Source: Acholeplasmataceae bacterium (GTDB lineage: Bacteria; Bacillota_I; Bacilli_A; Acholeplasmatales; Acholeplasmataceae). Taken from it: a stretch of DNA of 64,000 nt. Each line of letters begins with the position of its first letter. Position 1 is the first letter of the stretch. Location of the stretch: NCBI GenBank assembly GCA_963675245.1, contig OY775910.1, forward strand, positions 160,001-224,000, given 5' to 3'. The notes below the pieces were generated by a model. The model saw only the letters and a program-made list of their open reading frames with translations. It had not been told where the DNA came from and searched no databases. Shown in pieces: positions 11,431-21,161 of this stretch. A program made the position numbers and the translations under genes.

Positions 11431-12933
11431 TTATTCTTCGTCTTGTCCAAGTGTTGCAATTTGACCTTGAACAATTTCATTTGCTTTTGCTTGCCATTCA
11501 ACAGCGAAAGTAGCCACTGAGTTTGGTCCTGCTGCTAGAAGATCTTCCCAGCTATATGAATTGTTTTCAGGATCATTAACCCATGCCCAAAAATCTTTGT
11601 ATCCAGGTAACCACTTATCAAGGTCAGGTTTTGAATATGAAATACGATCAAATATATAATCAATACCTTCAATACCTTCAACTAGTGCGTCTACACGATC
11701 CCAAACGCCTGGATAATTAGCTACTGGGAAACGATCTAAGAATGGTGGAACGTCACCATCAGCAATCGCTTCTGCACGATCAGCTTCTAATAATGTGAGT
11801 CTAGCATCCCATCCTTCTGAACCGAAAGACATCCATTTAGCTAGTTCATAAGCCATTTCAGGATAATCTGTTTGACTAGATACACAGATATAATCAAGAA
11901 TCGTTGGTGGGAATAAACCTGCATCACCACTTGGATATGGCCAGAATCCAATATTTATATCGTTTTCTGCTGCATCATTAATAACCCAGAATTGCCAAGA
12001 TCCTTCAATATCCATTGCACCATAACCAGTTTGAATAAGATAATCGTATAAATAATCATAACGACCATCATAATTTTCTTCAGCTCTTGCTGCTTCAATC
12101 GCAGCAGGATACCTACCTGATAAGGTACCATCTGTTAATTGTTGTAACTTAACTTTTTCTTGCATGGCATAGATCCAGTCAGTTGAATTGTAATTAAATT
12201 GTGTGCCATCCCAAGTATCATACATGACTTCAGCATCATTCATCATTGGCCAAATTTGTTGGAAATCAGGTGTGCCATACCATGTATCTAGACCAATAAC
12301 TGTTTCAGCAGGCACATCTGGATTGAAATTTGTGATTGCTTTTGCAATATTGACAAATTCATCAAATGTCCAGTCTTTCACAGGATAACCATCATTGTCA
12401 ATTCTATATTCGCCTTCGACTGATGTTAAGTTAGCTGCTTCAAAGATATCTAAGTTAATCATAATACCTTTTAAGAATTGGAATGAAGGTAATGCAAGTC
12501 TTTTGCCATTGTATACAGCTGTTGCTGCAATATTATCATAGACTAAATCAGTATCTTCGTCTGCATCCCAATATTGAGCAGTATCTAGTGATAAACCACT
12601 ATTAACGACTGTTGGAACATTATCAGTCACATAAACGTCAGGTAAGATACCTGCTTGCGCAGCAAGTACTAGATTACCTGTAAATGCGTCACCTGAACCT
12701 TCAATATCTGTACGTAATGTCACTTCAACATTTGGATGTGCTTCTTCAAATAAATCGATCATACGTTGATTGAAAGAAGGATCACCCCAATCAGCATAAG
12801 ATAAGCTGATTGTACCTTGAGGATTTGGATCTGGATCTGGATCCGGATCTGGATCAGGTTCTTCTGTTCCTCCACAGGCAACTAGGCCTAATGTAAGGAG
12901 CAATACGAACATTGATAATAATATTTTTTTCAT
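11431..12933 (-). CDS. sugar ABC transporter substrate-binding lipoprotein
   Basis: lipobox LVAC, (PD)n linker, SBP family 1 features (LPDVY, WTFDEF). Confidence 0.88.
   Translation of the reverse strand: MKKILLSMFVLLLTLGLVACGGTEEPDPDPDPDPDPNPQGTISLSYADWGDPSFNQRMIDLFEEAHPNVEVTLRTDIEGSGDAFTGNLVLAAQAGILPDVYVTDNVPTVVNSGLSLDTAQYWDADEDTDLVYDNIAATAVYNGKRLALPSFQFLKGIMINLDIFEAANLTSVEGEYRIDNDGYPVKDWTFDEFVNIAKAITNFNPDVPAETVIGLDTWYGTPDFQQIWPMMNDAEVMYDTWDGTQFNYNSTDWIYAMQEKVKLQQLTDGTLSGRYPAAIEAARAEENYDGRYDYLYDYLIQTGYGAMDIEGSWQFWVINDAAENDINIGFWPYPSGDAGLFPPTILDYICVSSQTDYPEMAYELAKWMSFGSEGWDARLTLLEADRAEAIADGDVPPFLDRFPVANYPGVWDRVDALVEGIEGIDYIFDRISYSKPDLDKWLPGYKDFWAWVNDPENNSYSWEDLLAAGPNSVATFAVEWQAKANEIVQGQIATLGQDEE
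12821..12858 (-). repeat. hexamer repeat encoding Pro-Asp linker
   Basis: ggatct/ggatcc tandem units translating to PDPDPDPDPDPNP. Confidence 0.85.
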
Positions 12934-12944
12934 CTATATCTCCT

Positions 12945-15893
12945 TTACTCTACAACTGCAGGGTTCATTAATCCATTAACGATGAAATCTGTATCAATAT
13001 ATGTTTCACCATCTGTATCAAGTTTTTGGAATGTAACATTATCAAGAACGAAGTAATCACCAGCTACTGCTGTGTTGAATAAACCACCTAATTCTAGTTT
13101 GAATTGTGATGCTTGTGTGTAATCACCTTCTGCATCTAATGTGACATCTACTGTGAATGTTTGCATTGCAGTTGTTGCTGCTAATGCTTCTGAATAGTAT
13201 TCTACCCAGTTACCAGTTGATCCACTTTCACCTAATAAGAATGTGAAATCACCTGCTATACTTGCTTTTGCATCAAATGTGATTCTATAAGTTGCACCTG
13301 CTTCAAGTTGGAAACTACCAATGTTATCAGCACCAGTGCCTAATGAGAATGCATCTTGAATTAATTGTAATGTCCATGGTTGATAGAAGTTAGCACTTTC
13401 GATCATGAGTACGAGTTCACCATTGACACCACTTAATGATGCTGCTGAACCTTCCCAATTATTGACAAATGTACGCCATTCTTCTACATTATATTCTATT
13501 CTATCAATATTTCCATTAACAATGAAATCTGTATCAATATATGTTTCACCATCTGTATCAAGTTTTTGGAATGTTACATTATCAAGAACGAAGTAATCAC
13601 CAGCTACTGCTGTGTTGAATAAACCACCTAATTCTAGTTTGAATTGTGATGCTTGTGTGTAATCACCTTCTGCATCTAATGTGACATCTACTGTGAATGT
13701 TTGCATTGCAGTTGTTGCTGCTAATGATTCTGAATAGTATTCTACCCAGTTACCAGTTGATCCACTTTCACCTAATAAGAATGTGAAATCACCTGCTATA
13801 CTTGCTTTTGCATCAAATGTGATTCTATAAGTTGCACCTGCTTCAAGTTGGAAACTACCAATGTTATCAGCACCAGTGCCTAATGAGAATGCATCTTGAA
13901 TTAATTGTAATGTCCATGGTTGATAGAAGTTAGCACTTTCGATCATGAGTACGAGTTCACCATTGACACCACTTAATGATGCTGCTGAACCTTCCCAATT
14001 ATTGACGAATGTACGCCATTCTTCTACATTATATTCGATTTTTGAAAAATCACCATCTACGATGAAATCTGTATCAATATATGTTTCACCATCTGTATCA
14101 AGTTTTTGGAATGTAACATTATCAAGTAAGAAGTAATCACCAGCTACTGCTGTGTTGAATAAACCACCTAATTCTAGTTTGAATTGTGATGCTTGTGTGT
14201 AATCACCTTCTGCATCTAATGTGACATCAACTGTGAATGTTTGCATTGCAGTTGTTGCTGCTAATGATTCTGAATAGTATTCTACCCAGTTACCAGTTGA
14301 TCCACTTTCACCTAATAAGAATGTGAAATCACCTGCTATACTTGCTTTTGCATCAAATGTGATTCTATAAGTTGCACCTGCTTCAAGTTGGAAACTACCA
14401 ATGTTATCAGCACCAGTGCCTAATGAGAATGCATCTTGAATTAATTGTAATGTCCATGGTTGATAGAAGTTAGCATTTTCGATCATAAGTACAAGTTGAC
14501 CATTTTGACCATATAATGTACCTGCAGAACCTTCCCAATTATTGATAAACATTCTCCAATTTGGAAGTGCATATGTATCTTGAGGTGCTTCAACAACAGA
14601 CAATGTTGTTGTTGTCATAGCGATATTACCCGCTTCATCTTCAACTGTATAAGTAATTGTATATGTACCTTCAACACTGGTATCAACAGCTGTAACAACT
14701 TGATCACTAGCATCTTTAATTTCAACAACAATACTATCTGTTAAATCACCGTCAACAGCATCTAATGCAGTTACGCCATCCAATGGATTATAAACAGTAT
14801 CAATATATACACGAGCAGTTTCATTTGCACCTGAGAAAATTGGTGCTGTTTCATCAGGGTCTGCAGTTGATACTTCAATAGTTATATCATCAAACCACAT
14901 AGTTGCATCTACACCATCTTCATTAGGGAAAGTACCTAATTCAAATAAAATACCACCACGGAAGTTTTCATCACCTTGATTCATCGTGAATTTATAAGAG
15001 TAAGTAGCCCATTCAGTAGTAATATCTTTTGTAATACTTAATCCTGGTTTGAAATCAGTAAACCAAGGAGCTACAGTTAAAATTTCACCGACTTGAAGGT
15101 TAATTGTCTTAGCAACACTAGATTTAGCTCTAAATGTGATTTCATACGTTGTGTCTTCAACGAATTCTACATTCATTTGCGTAAATCTTGGTGTCCAAAG
15201 GTTGGCACCTGCAACTACTTCAACTTTTAATGCTGGATTACCATCGAATTCTTCTGTCGATAGAACAATTGAAGAACCATCAGCACTAAATGTGTCCCAA
15301 CCAGCAATACCAGCTGAGAAATCAGCATTAACTAACATATCACCTTCTTGTTTTTCAAGAGATGCTACTGTAATTGTACGGAATTTTTGACCAAGAATTA
15401 ATGTGTCTATTTTAACTTCATATTGAATTGTCTTATTACCTGGTAAAGTTGTATCCAAATTATCATCTTCATCAACTGCTGAAATCGTTGAATATGTAAT
15501 GTAATCTGTATAGTCAATACCTGTTGAACCCGTAGCAGTTACGCCATCAAGGACGTTAAATGCGCCTTGAAAATCAACATCTTCATTATCCGCACCACTA
15601 AATGTTACGGCATCTTGCACCCATTTTGCATAAAGTGTAAGTTCAGCATCAACAGCATCAGATGTGAAGTTAAATTCATCACTTAACGCTTCATCTGCAT
15701 ACCATCCACTAAATACGTAACCTAATTTGGTAGGTTCTGTTGGTTCTGTAATCATTTCGCCACCTGTTACAGTCATTGAATCAACAGCACTACCACCATT
15801 CACATCAAATGTTATCGTAACTGTTCCTGTAGTACAAGCAGCAAGAGCTAAGATAAGACCTAATGTAACAATTAATCCTAATACTTTTTTCAT
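12945..15893 (-). CDS. surface lipoprotein: InlB-B/Flg_new repeat, Ig-like domains and four CBM4-like modules; no catalytic domain seen
   Basis: lipobox LAAC; ITFDVNGGS..GYVFSGWY..LYAKW; DAVDGDLT..YTITYTVEDEAGN (DUF5011-like); CBM4_9-like W..QL.Q / LEAGATYRITFDAKAS. Confidence 0.8.
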   Translation of the reverse strand: MKKVLGLIVTLGLILALAACTTGTVTITFDVNGGSAVDSMTVTGGEMITEPTEPTKLGYVFSGWYADEALSDEFNFTSDAVDAELTLYAKWVQDAVTFSGADNEDVDFQGAFNVLDGVTATGSTGIDYTDYITYSTISAVDEDDNLDTTLPGNKTIQYEVKIDTLILGQKFRTITVASLEKQEGDMLVNADFSAGIAGWDTFSADGSSIVLSTEEFDGNPALKVEVVAGANLWTPRFTQMNVEFVEDTTYEITFRAKSSVAKTINLQVGEILTVAPWFTDFKPGLSITKDITTEWATYSYKFTMNQGDENFRGGILFELGTFPNEDGVDATMWFDDITIEVSTADPDETAPIFSGANETARVYIDTVYNPLDGVTALDAVDGDLTDSIVVEIKDASDQVVTAVDTSVEGTYTITYTVEDEAGNIAMTTTTLSVVEAPQDTYALPNWRMFINNWEGSAGTLYGQNGQLVLMIENANFYQPWTLQLIQDAFSLGTGADNIGSFQLEAGATYRITFDAKASIAGDFTFLLGESGSTGNWVEYYSESLAATTAMQTFTVDVTLDAEGDYTQASQFKLELGGLFNTAVAGDYFLLDNVTFQKLDTDGETYIDTDFIVDGDFSKIEYNVEEWRTFVNNWEGSAASLSGVNGELVLMIESANFYQPWTLQLIQDAFSLGTGADNIGSFQLEAGATYRITFDAKASIAGDFTFLLGESGSTGNWVEYYSESLAATTAMQTFTVDVTLDAEGDYTQASQFKLELGGLFNTAVAGDYFVLDNVTFQKLDTDGETYIDTDFIVNGNIDRIEYNVEEWRTFVNNWEGSAASLSGVNGELVLMIESANFYQPWTLQLIQDAFSLGTGADNIGSFQLEAGATYRITFDAKASIAGDFTFLLGESGSTGNWVEYYSEALAATTAMQTFTVDVTLDAEGDYTQASQFKLELGGLFNTAVAGDYFVLDNVTFQKLDTDGETYIDTDFIVNGLMNPAVVE
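12982..14557 (-). repeat. three tandem ~540-bp (180 aa) intragenic repeats
   Basis: blocks starting at 12982, 13522 and 14062 are almost base-for-base identical. Confidence 0.97.
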
Positions 15894-18800
15894 CTAATAT
15901 TTTCCTCCTTATATAAATAAGCATTTATTTGTTTAACATTCCCTTTTCGAATGTCTGATGCCAAACTCCCTTGAATTTTTAAATCTCTTAATTCTTTTGT
16001 TTCATCTTGATAATGAAGTATATATTTATTCACTTTTACATCTGGATGATATGTATCCAATCCAGTGTCATTATGATAGATGACTTTAATATGACCAAAG
16101 AGTGTTGTCATAAACTCACCTTGATCAAAGAAATCATTTGCAAGACTTGGTTTTAATCTAAATGTAAGCTTGCCTTCCTCTAAACTAAATAGCTGATTAC
16201 CAAAGCTCATGAGTTGCCACATCGATAAGATTTCTGATGTTGATCCAGATAATCTAGATACAAAACCTTGACCATGTTTTTTTGGATCCGGATTGCCTGA
16301 TGTCGCAATAAACGACACATTTTCAGTCGGTGGTCTGCCATAGACATTCGCATCCATGAAACATACATAATTCGTTTTTATCTCTTCATAAAAGGCATCA
16401 TATTGTTTTGCTTTTAGTAATCCATATAAATATTTGTAGGTCATATGTAAGAAGTTAGATTCTCGTTCTAACCATCCCTTTGTAAATGCCTTAAGTCTGC
16501 CAATTTCAAATGGTTCATCATCTAATGACACACTGGTTTGATACATCATAAGTGATTGATCATATAACCCACTTTGTTTTACTTTCTTATAAAGTGACTG
16601 TGCTTTGTTTTGATCACTAATCTTTAATAATCTTGCAGGTCCTTCTAAGAAAGTCGGTAATGCACGGCGTTTAAATGATTTAATTCGTACAGTTGGTAAA
16701 CCATATTCACCTATCTGATTAGTTTCTTCAAATTGTTCTGCTTCATATGTGAGATAGGTTGGTACGATATCATCAATACTTTCTGCTTTTTTGATTGCTT
16801 CTTCTAATGTTGATTGCATGTGGTGCAGAATTCTTTGGTAATTCGAGATATCTTTAGTGACTAGTTTTAAATCATGTTGATAAATCTTGGATCGATACGT
16901 TTCTAAAACTGTCATTCTTTGTTGCCATAAGTCAAATGATTGACTACCAGTGACATTTAACAGGTCATTGACGAAATCATCGAATACCTTCATGACTTGA
17001 CACGGTTGGTCTTTTTGCTGTTCAAGTAAGAATGTGATGATTCTATATAGTTCGAACATTTCAGATACGCCAGATCCAAATAAACCTGGTAAACCGTTTG
17101 CTGCATCATTCCATCCTGGTTTGTTACCTTCATAAGATAATCCAATACCATCTGGATCAAGATGAGCAAATTTATTTGCTGCAAGTACTAATAATTTCAC
17201 ATAAACAGATGTCTGTATGACTTCTTTGCCATCAGATAACCAATTCGTTTGTGGTTTATCTGTGTGTTTGATGGCACCGTATTGTCTTACTTTGCCATCT
17301 TTTGTTAATACATATTTTTGATCTCTTGGGACTACTTCTACCGGAGAATCAAAATATTTAACTGGTGTATTGAATAGTAAATCATCCATCTTATCTGGGT
17401 AGATCCCATTATATTGTTCAAATAAATCTAAAAGATATGTGAAATGATCTTCCCAATAACCTTCACCAAATACGGCTTGATAATTTGGTTTACTTGCTTT
17501 GATAATGTCATCTAAATAGGTTTCAATGATGAGTCCTTCATCTTCAAGCACTCTAGCTAATTTGCCTGGAGTAAAAGGTTGTTTCAAGACATTTTCGATT
17601 GTTTTTGGTAATACAAGGTCACCTTCATAGCTGAATGTTAATCCTTCAATACCTAGTGGATTGTATCCGTCCGCTTGTATAAACGATGTAAACATTAAGA
17701 CGTTGAATGACCCAAGTTTAGGATTAAAGATTAAATCATTTCTCCTATTTTGTAAGACATCCCTGAAGTTCCCATTCCCTTGTGCATAATAATTAGGTTC
17801 AAGGGTGAAGAAATTGTAATCTCTTTCTAAGTCACCATGTTTTCTGGAATAGATATGATAACCCACCGTTCCTTCTTTTGAATTGAAAATCAGCGGTATA
17901 CCACCTCTTAAAACATTATCTAAATAACATTGTTTTAAGTATTGATCAAACATGGTTTTTGAACTCTTAGTTTCGATCACAGATGTAAGATGCTCATGTA
18001 AATCTTGATTATCTTTCTGTTTATCAAGCAATTTATCTTTTGAATATGTCTTTAAAATCTGTTTAAGTTTTTCTTCATCACCTGTATATCCGAATAATGA
18101 ACTAATGATTTCATAATCTTTAAGTACGAATTGATAGCCAGACATGGCACAAGGTACTTGATTGACAGGTACTTGATACATCTTAGAAAGGTCATCAAAT
18201 GTGTGATTGATAAAGCCATAAGGTGTTTCAAGTGTCGTGTCTTCTTCAAACAATAACTTATAATCATAAATGTAAACAGGTTGATGAGGACCAAATGATG
18301 TATAGAAATTACCATCAGTCACTTCTTTTACTTCAGCTTCATCATGCGTGGAAGCTCTTAAGCGATAAAATGTATATGCTTCATTGACGTTAACCTGCAT
18401 CCAAGATTGTAATAAATTTGAAATGGCTTTATAGCCGCCATAATCAATACCATATGGAAGAATTTGTGCTAATCCATCTACAAGTTCTATTTGCTTTTCA
18501 GTATGAGATAAGTTTTTAAGTTCAACTGTTCTAACTAGTGCTGCGAGTGCCTCATTTGGTAATGTATGATATGTCACTTTCAGCGAGATGTCTAGTTCTT
18601 TATTCACTTCTTCAATCGAGATACGATCAGGATAAACCGTTAACGATTGTTGTGCATTGTTCTCTCTAAAGAACTCATGCACATGACCATTAACCTTAAC
18701 TAATGTTCTAAATCCAAAGTTTGCTGTATATTGATAGGCTTTATTAGCAGGAAAGAATTCCATGATTGCACCATTTTTATCTCGTATACCAAATCCTGCA

Positions 18801-18922
18801 ATCAATTGACCTCTATTGACATAAAATGCCCATAGAGGAATTCCTTTCTTTCCTGCTATGCCGGAGAGAAAACTCGCAAAAGGTTTTTGTTTTTGATAAT
18901 CTTTTATATGAAAACCAGTCAT
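15890..18922 (-). CDS. beta-1,3-glucan phosphorylase, GH161 family
   Basis: KPFASFLSGIAG..GIPLWAFYVNRGQ, YSRKHGDLERDYN, QGNGNFRDV, KPGWNDA, GWLERES.FLHM motifs; about 1010 aa; laminarin context. Confidence 0.85.
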   Translation of the reverse strand: MTGFHIKDYQKQKPFASFLSGIAGKKGIPLWAFYVNRGQLIAGFGIRDKNGAIMEFFPANKAYQYTANFGFRTLVKVNGHVHEFFRENNAQQSLTVYPDRISIEEVNKELDISLKVTYHTLPNEALAALVRTVELKNLSHTEKQIELVDGLAQILPYGIDYGGYKAISNLLQSWMQVNVNEAYTFYRLRASTHDEAEVKEVTDGNFYTSFGPHQPVYIYDYKLLFEEDTTLETPYGFINHTFDDLSKMYQVPVNQVPCAMSGYQFVLKDYEIISSLFGYTGDEEKLKQILKTYSKDKLLDKQKDNQDLHEHLTSVIETKSSKTMFDQYLKQCYLDNVLRGGIPLIFNSKEGTVGYHIYSRKHGDLERDYNFFTLEPNYYAQGNGNFRDVLQNRRNDLIFNPKLGSFNVLMFTSFIQADGYNPLGIEGLTFSYEGDLVLPKTIENVLKQPFTPGKLARVLEDEGLIIETYLDDIIKASKPNYQAVFGEGYWEDHFTYLLDLFEQYNGIYPDKMDDLLFNTPVKYFDSPVEVVPRDQKYVLTKDGKVRQYGAIKHTDKPQTNWLSDGKEVIQTSVYVKLLVLAANKFAHLDPDGIGLSYEGNKPGWNDAANGLPGLFGSGVSEMFELYRIITFLLEQQKDQPCQVMKVFDDFVNDLLNVTGSQSFDLWQQRMTVLETYRSKIYQHDLKLVTKDISNYQRILHHMQSTLEEAIKKAESIDDIVPTYLTYEAEQFEETNQIGEYGLPTVRIKSFKRRALPTFLEGPARLLKISDQNKAQSLYKKVKQSGLYDQSLMMYQTSVSLDDEPFEIGRLKAFTKGWLERESNFLHMTYKYLYGLLKAKQYDAFYEEIKTNYVCFMDANVYGRPPTENVSFIATSGNPDPKKHGQGFVSRLSGSTSEILSMWQLMSFGNQLFSLEEGKLTFRLKPSLANDFFDQGEFMTTLFGHIKVIYHNDTGLDTYHPDVKVNKYILHYQDETKELRDLKIQGSLASDIRKGNVKQINAYLYKEENIR

Positions 18923-18947
18923 ATCTTAACTCCTATAAATAATTTAG

Positions 18948-18959
18948 GAAATCGGTTTC
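18948..18959. promoter_or_regulatory. LacI-family operator GAAATCGGTTTC (copy 1)
   Basis: imperfect palindrome with central CG, between promoter and GH161 start; identical copy at 23638. Confidence 0.7.
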
Positions 18960-18976
18960 TTCGATTTCGTATATAT

Positions 18977-19005
18977 ATCATAACATATTATGTAACCGTT
19001 TACAA
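18977..19005 (-). promoter_or_regulatory. sigma70/A promoter of the GH161-ABC operon, overlapped by cre-like site TGTAACCGTTTACA (18991-19004)
   Basis: TTGTAA-17 bp-TATGAT with extended TG. Confidence 0.65.
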
Positions 19006-19011
19006 CTTTTT

Positions 19012-20055
19012 TTATTTGATTTCTTTCGTCGATTCGCGACGAACGAGATTAACAGGCAATTTTGTGATTTCAGCAAACGATCTTTCAGGATGTTCAATTA
19101 AACTAATCATTAATTTCGCTGCGGTTTCACCTAACAATGCACGATCTTGTGCAATCGTCGTAAGTGGTGGCGTGAAATGTTTTGAGAATGCAATGTCATC
19201 AAAGCCTATAATTTGGATATCTTCAGGAATTCTATACCCAAGTTCTAGCGTCTTTTTGATCACACCGAGTGCTAGGTCATCAGAAGATACAACAATAACT
19301 TCCGGCAAACTCGAGACATTTTCCAATAATTCATGTGTCGCGTTATAACCACTTGTGAATCCAAATGATTCTGCGTATACTACCTCATGCATAAGTTCAA
19401 TATCATAATCTTTCGCATAATGTTTCACGTGATTAACACGTTCAATAAACGCTTTGGATGTTTTTGGTCCTGAAATATAAGCTATTTTTTTCTTTTTTAA
19501 TTCCTCTTTAATGTAAGCTAATGTTAATTTTATACCTTGTTCGTTATCAGAGATTACCGTATGTAAACCAGGCACGATCATATCGTTTGATATACATGGT
19601 ATATCTGCATTTATAAGCTCTGTTAAGCCTTTATCATCATAATTACCAACAACAATATAGACACCATCAACACGCTTATTCATACACCATTGATAATAAG
19701 AAAGTTGATGCTGACCAATTTGTTTCACAATAAAAGATAGTTCGTAACCTTCTTTTTCAACATATGTCTTAAAGTGTTGTAAAATGCTTGAGAAAAAAGA
19801 GTGTTCTAATCCAACATCAGATTCCTCAGTGAAAACGACTCCTATTGAATATGTTCTCTTGCTTTTAAGCATTCTAGCGCTTGTAGCGGGTACATAGCCA
19901 ACTTTTTTAATATATTGCATTACACGCTCTCTCGTCGATTCTGAAACATTACCTGTATCATTAATGACTTTAGATATAGTGCCTGGAGCAAGATTAAGTT
20001 CTTTTGCAATCGTATAGATTGTCATTTTCTTTTTCAATTCATTCAACTCTTTCAT
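19012..20055 (-). CDS. LacI-family transcriptional regulator
   Basis: TIYTIAKELNLAPGTISKVIN HTH; IIGFDD..PPLTTI; true start may be a few codons downstream. Confidence 0.92.
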   Translation of the reverse strand: MKELNELKKKMTIYTIAKELNLAPGTISKVINDTGNVSESTRERVMQYIKKVGYVPATSARMLKSKRTYSIGVVFTEESDVGLEHSFFSSILQHFKTYVEKEGYELSFIVKQIGQHQLSYYQWCMNKRVDGVYIVVGNYDDKGLTELINADIPCISNDMIVPGLHTVISDNEQGIKLTLAYIKEELKKKKIAYISGPKTSKAFIERVNHVKHYAKDYDIELMHEVVYAESFGFTSGYNATHELLENVSSLPEVIVVSSDDLALGVIKKTLELGYRIPEDIQIIGFDDIAFSKHFTPPLTTIAQDRALLGETAAKLMISLIEHPERSFAEITKLPVNLVRRESTKEIK

Positions 20056-20758
20056 ATACTTTAACTGATGATATTTGAAAATCTAGTGGGAAGATTGAGT
20101 TATCAATTTCGCCACCCCAGTTACCACCAATCGCTAGATTTAATATCAAATAAAACGGTTGATTGAATGGCCACTCATGCTCGGTGCCACCCACTTCTTT
20201 ATGAAATGTAACAACATGCTTTTGATCAAATATAAACGAGATTTGATCTTCTTCCCATTCTATGCCATAGGTATGAAATGCGTCAGAGACAGTCTCATCT
20301 TTAATGATAAATGTTGGATGATTAAAATATTTATGATTATAACGTTCAGAATGGAGTGAAAAATGGATATGTCCGTGATTTTTGCCAACATGTTCCATCA
20401 GATCAATCTCACCACATAATGGCCATCCCACTTTTTTGATGTTTTCTCCTAGTAACCAGATAGCTGGCCAAGTGCCTTTTCCCTTTGGTAATTTGGCTGT
20501 TACTTCCAATTTGCCATATTGGATATGTTTCTTTTGATAAGTAACGAGTTTACCAGATGTGTAATGACGATGTTCATACTCTTCTTTTAAACCAATGATA
20601 TGAAGTATTCCATTTTTAACATACACATTCTCTAGTCTTTTTGTATAGTATTGATCTTCGTTATTTCCAAATCCTTGACCACCTGATTGGATTTCCCATA
20701 TATCAGGATTAGGTTTTCCATCTTGATCAAATTGATCTTCCCATAATAAGTTGTACAT
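20039..20758 (-). CDS. GH16 endo-beta-1,3-glucanase (laminarinase), no signal peptide
   Basis: WPAIWLL, catalytic EIDLME, FYLILNLAIGG. Confidence 0.92.
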   Translation of the reverse strand: MYNLLWEDQFDQDGKPNPDIWEIQSGGQGFGNNEDQYYTKRLENVYVKNGILHIIGLKEEYEHRHYTSGKLVTYQKKHIQYGKLEVTAKLPKGKGTWPAIWLLGENIKKVGWPLCGEIDLMEHVGKNHGHIHFSLHSERYNHKYFNHPTFIIKDETVSDAFHTYGIEWEEDQISFIFDQKHVVTFHKEVGGTEHEWPFNQPFYLILNLAIGGNWGGEIDNSIFPLDFQISSVKVYERVE

Positions 20759-20768
20759 GAATATCCTC

Positions 20769-21161
20769 TTATTTTATTGCTTTAATTTGTTTATCCGTCA
20801 AGTAAACGCGATGAGAATTTTTATCACATGTACTATCTTCTTCAATCAAAACGATTTTCGCATCTTTAGAAATACGATGTGCATGATAAACACCTTTTAA
20901 AACTTTATAAATTTGTTGCGGTTGTAAATCAATCGATTCAAATATCTCAGCATCTGGATGATTATCCTTGAAAAAGACCATTCTACATTGTCCATCGATT
21001 AAAATAAACACTTCATCTGTTTCATGATGACATTCAAGATAATTGATATCACTATTGTCAATTTCTTCAACATACTCTAATGTTGCGACACGCCACGTAT
21101 TGAAATGGAATAATTTACTATATCCGTTATGACTAAATTCAAATTGATCGTAATATTTCAT
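20769..21161 (-). CDS. cupin-fold protein
   Basis: LECHHETDEVFIL and GVYH metal-binding cupin motifs. Confidence 0.7.
   Translation of the reverse strand: MKYYDQFEFSHNGYSKLFHFNTWRVATLEYVEEIDNSDINYLECHHETDEVFILIDGQCRMVFFKDNHPDAEIFESIDLQPQQIYKVLKGVYHAHRISKDAKIVLIEEDSTCDKNSHRVYLTDKQIKAIK

Noticed and set aside
12982..14557. Long direct repeats as CRISPR array or mobile element
   Set aside because: Units are 540 bp, in frame, contiguous and protein coding; no spacers, cas or transposase genes
15890..18922. Cellobiose phosphorylase (GH94) annotation
   Set aside because: Motifs and length fit GH161 better, and the neighbourhood is beta-1,3-glucan oriented
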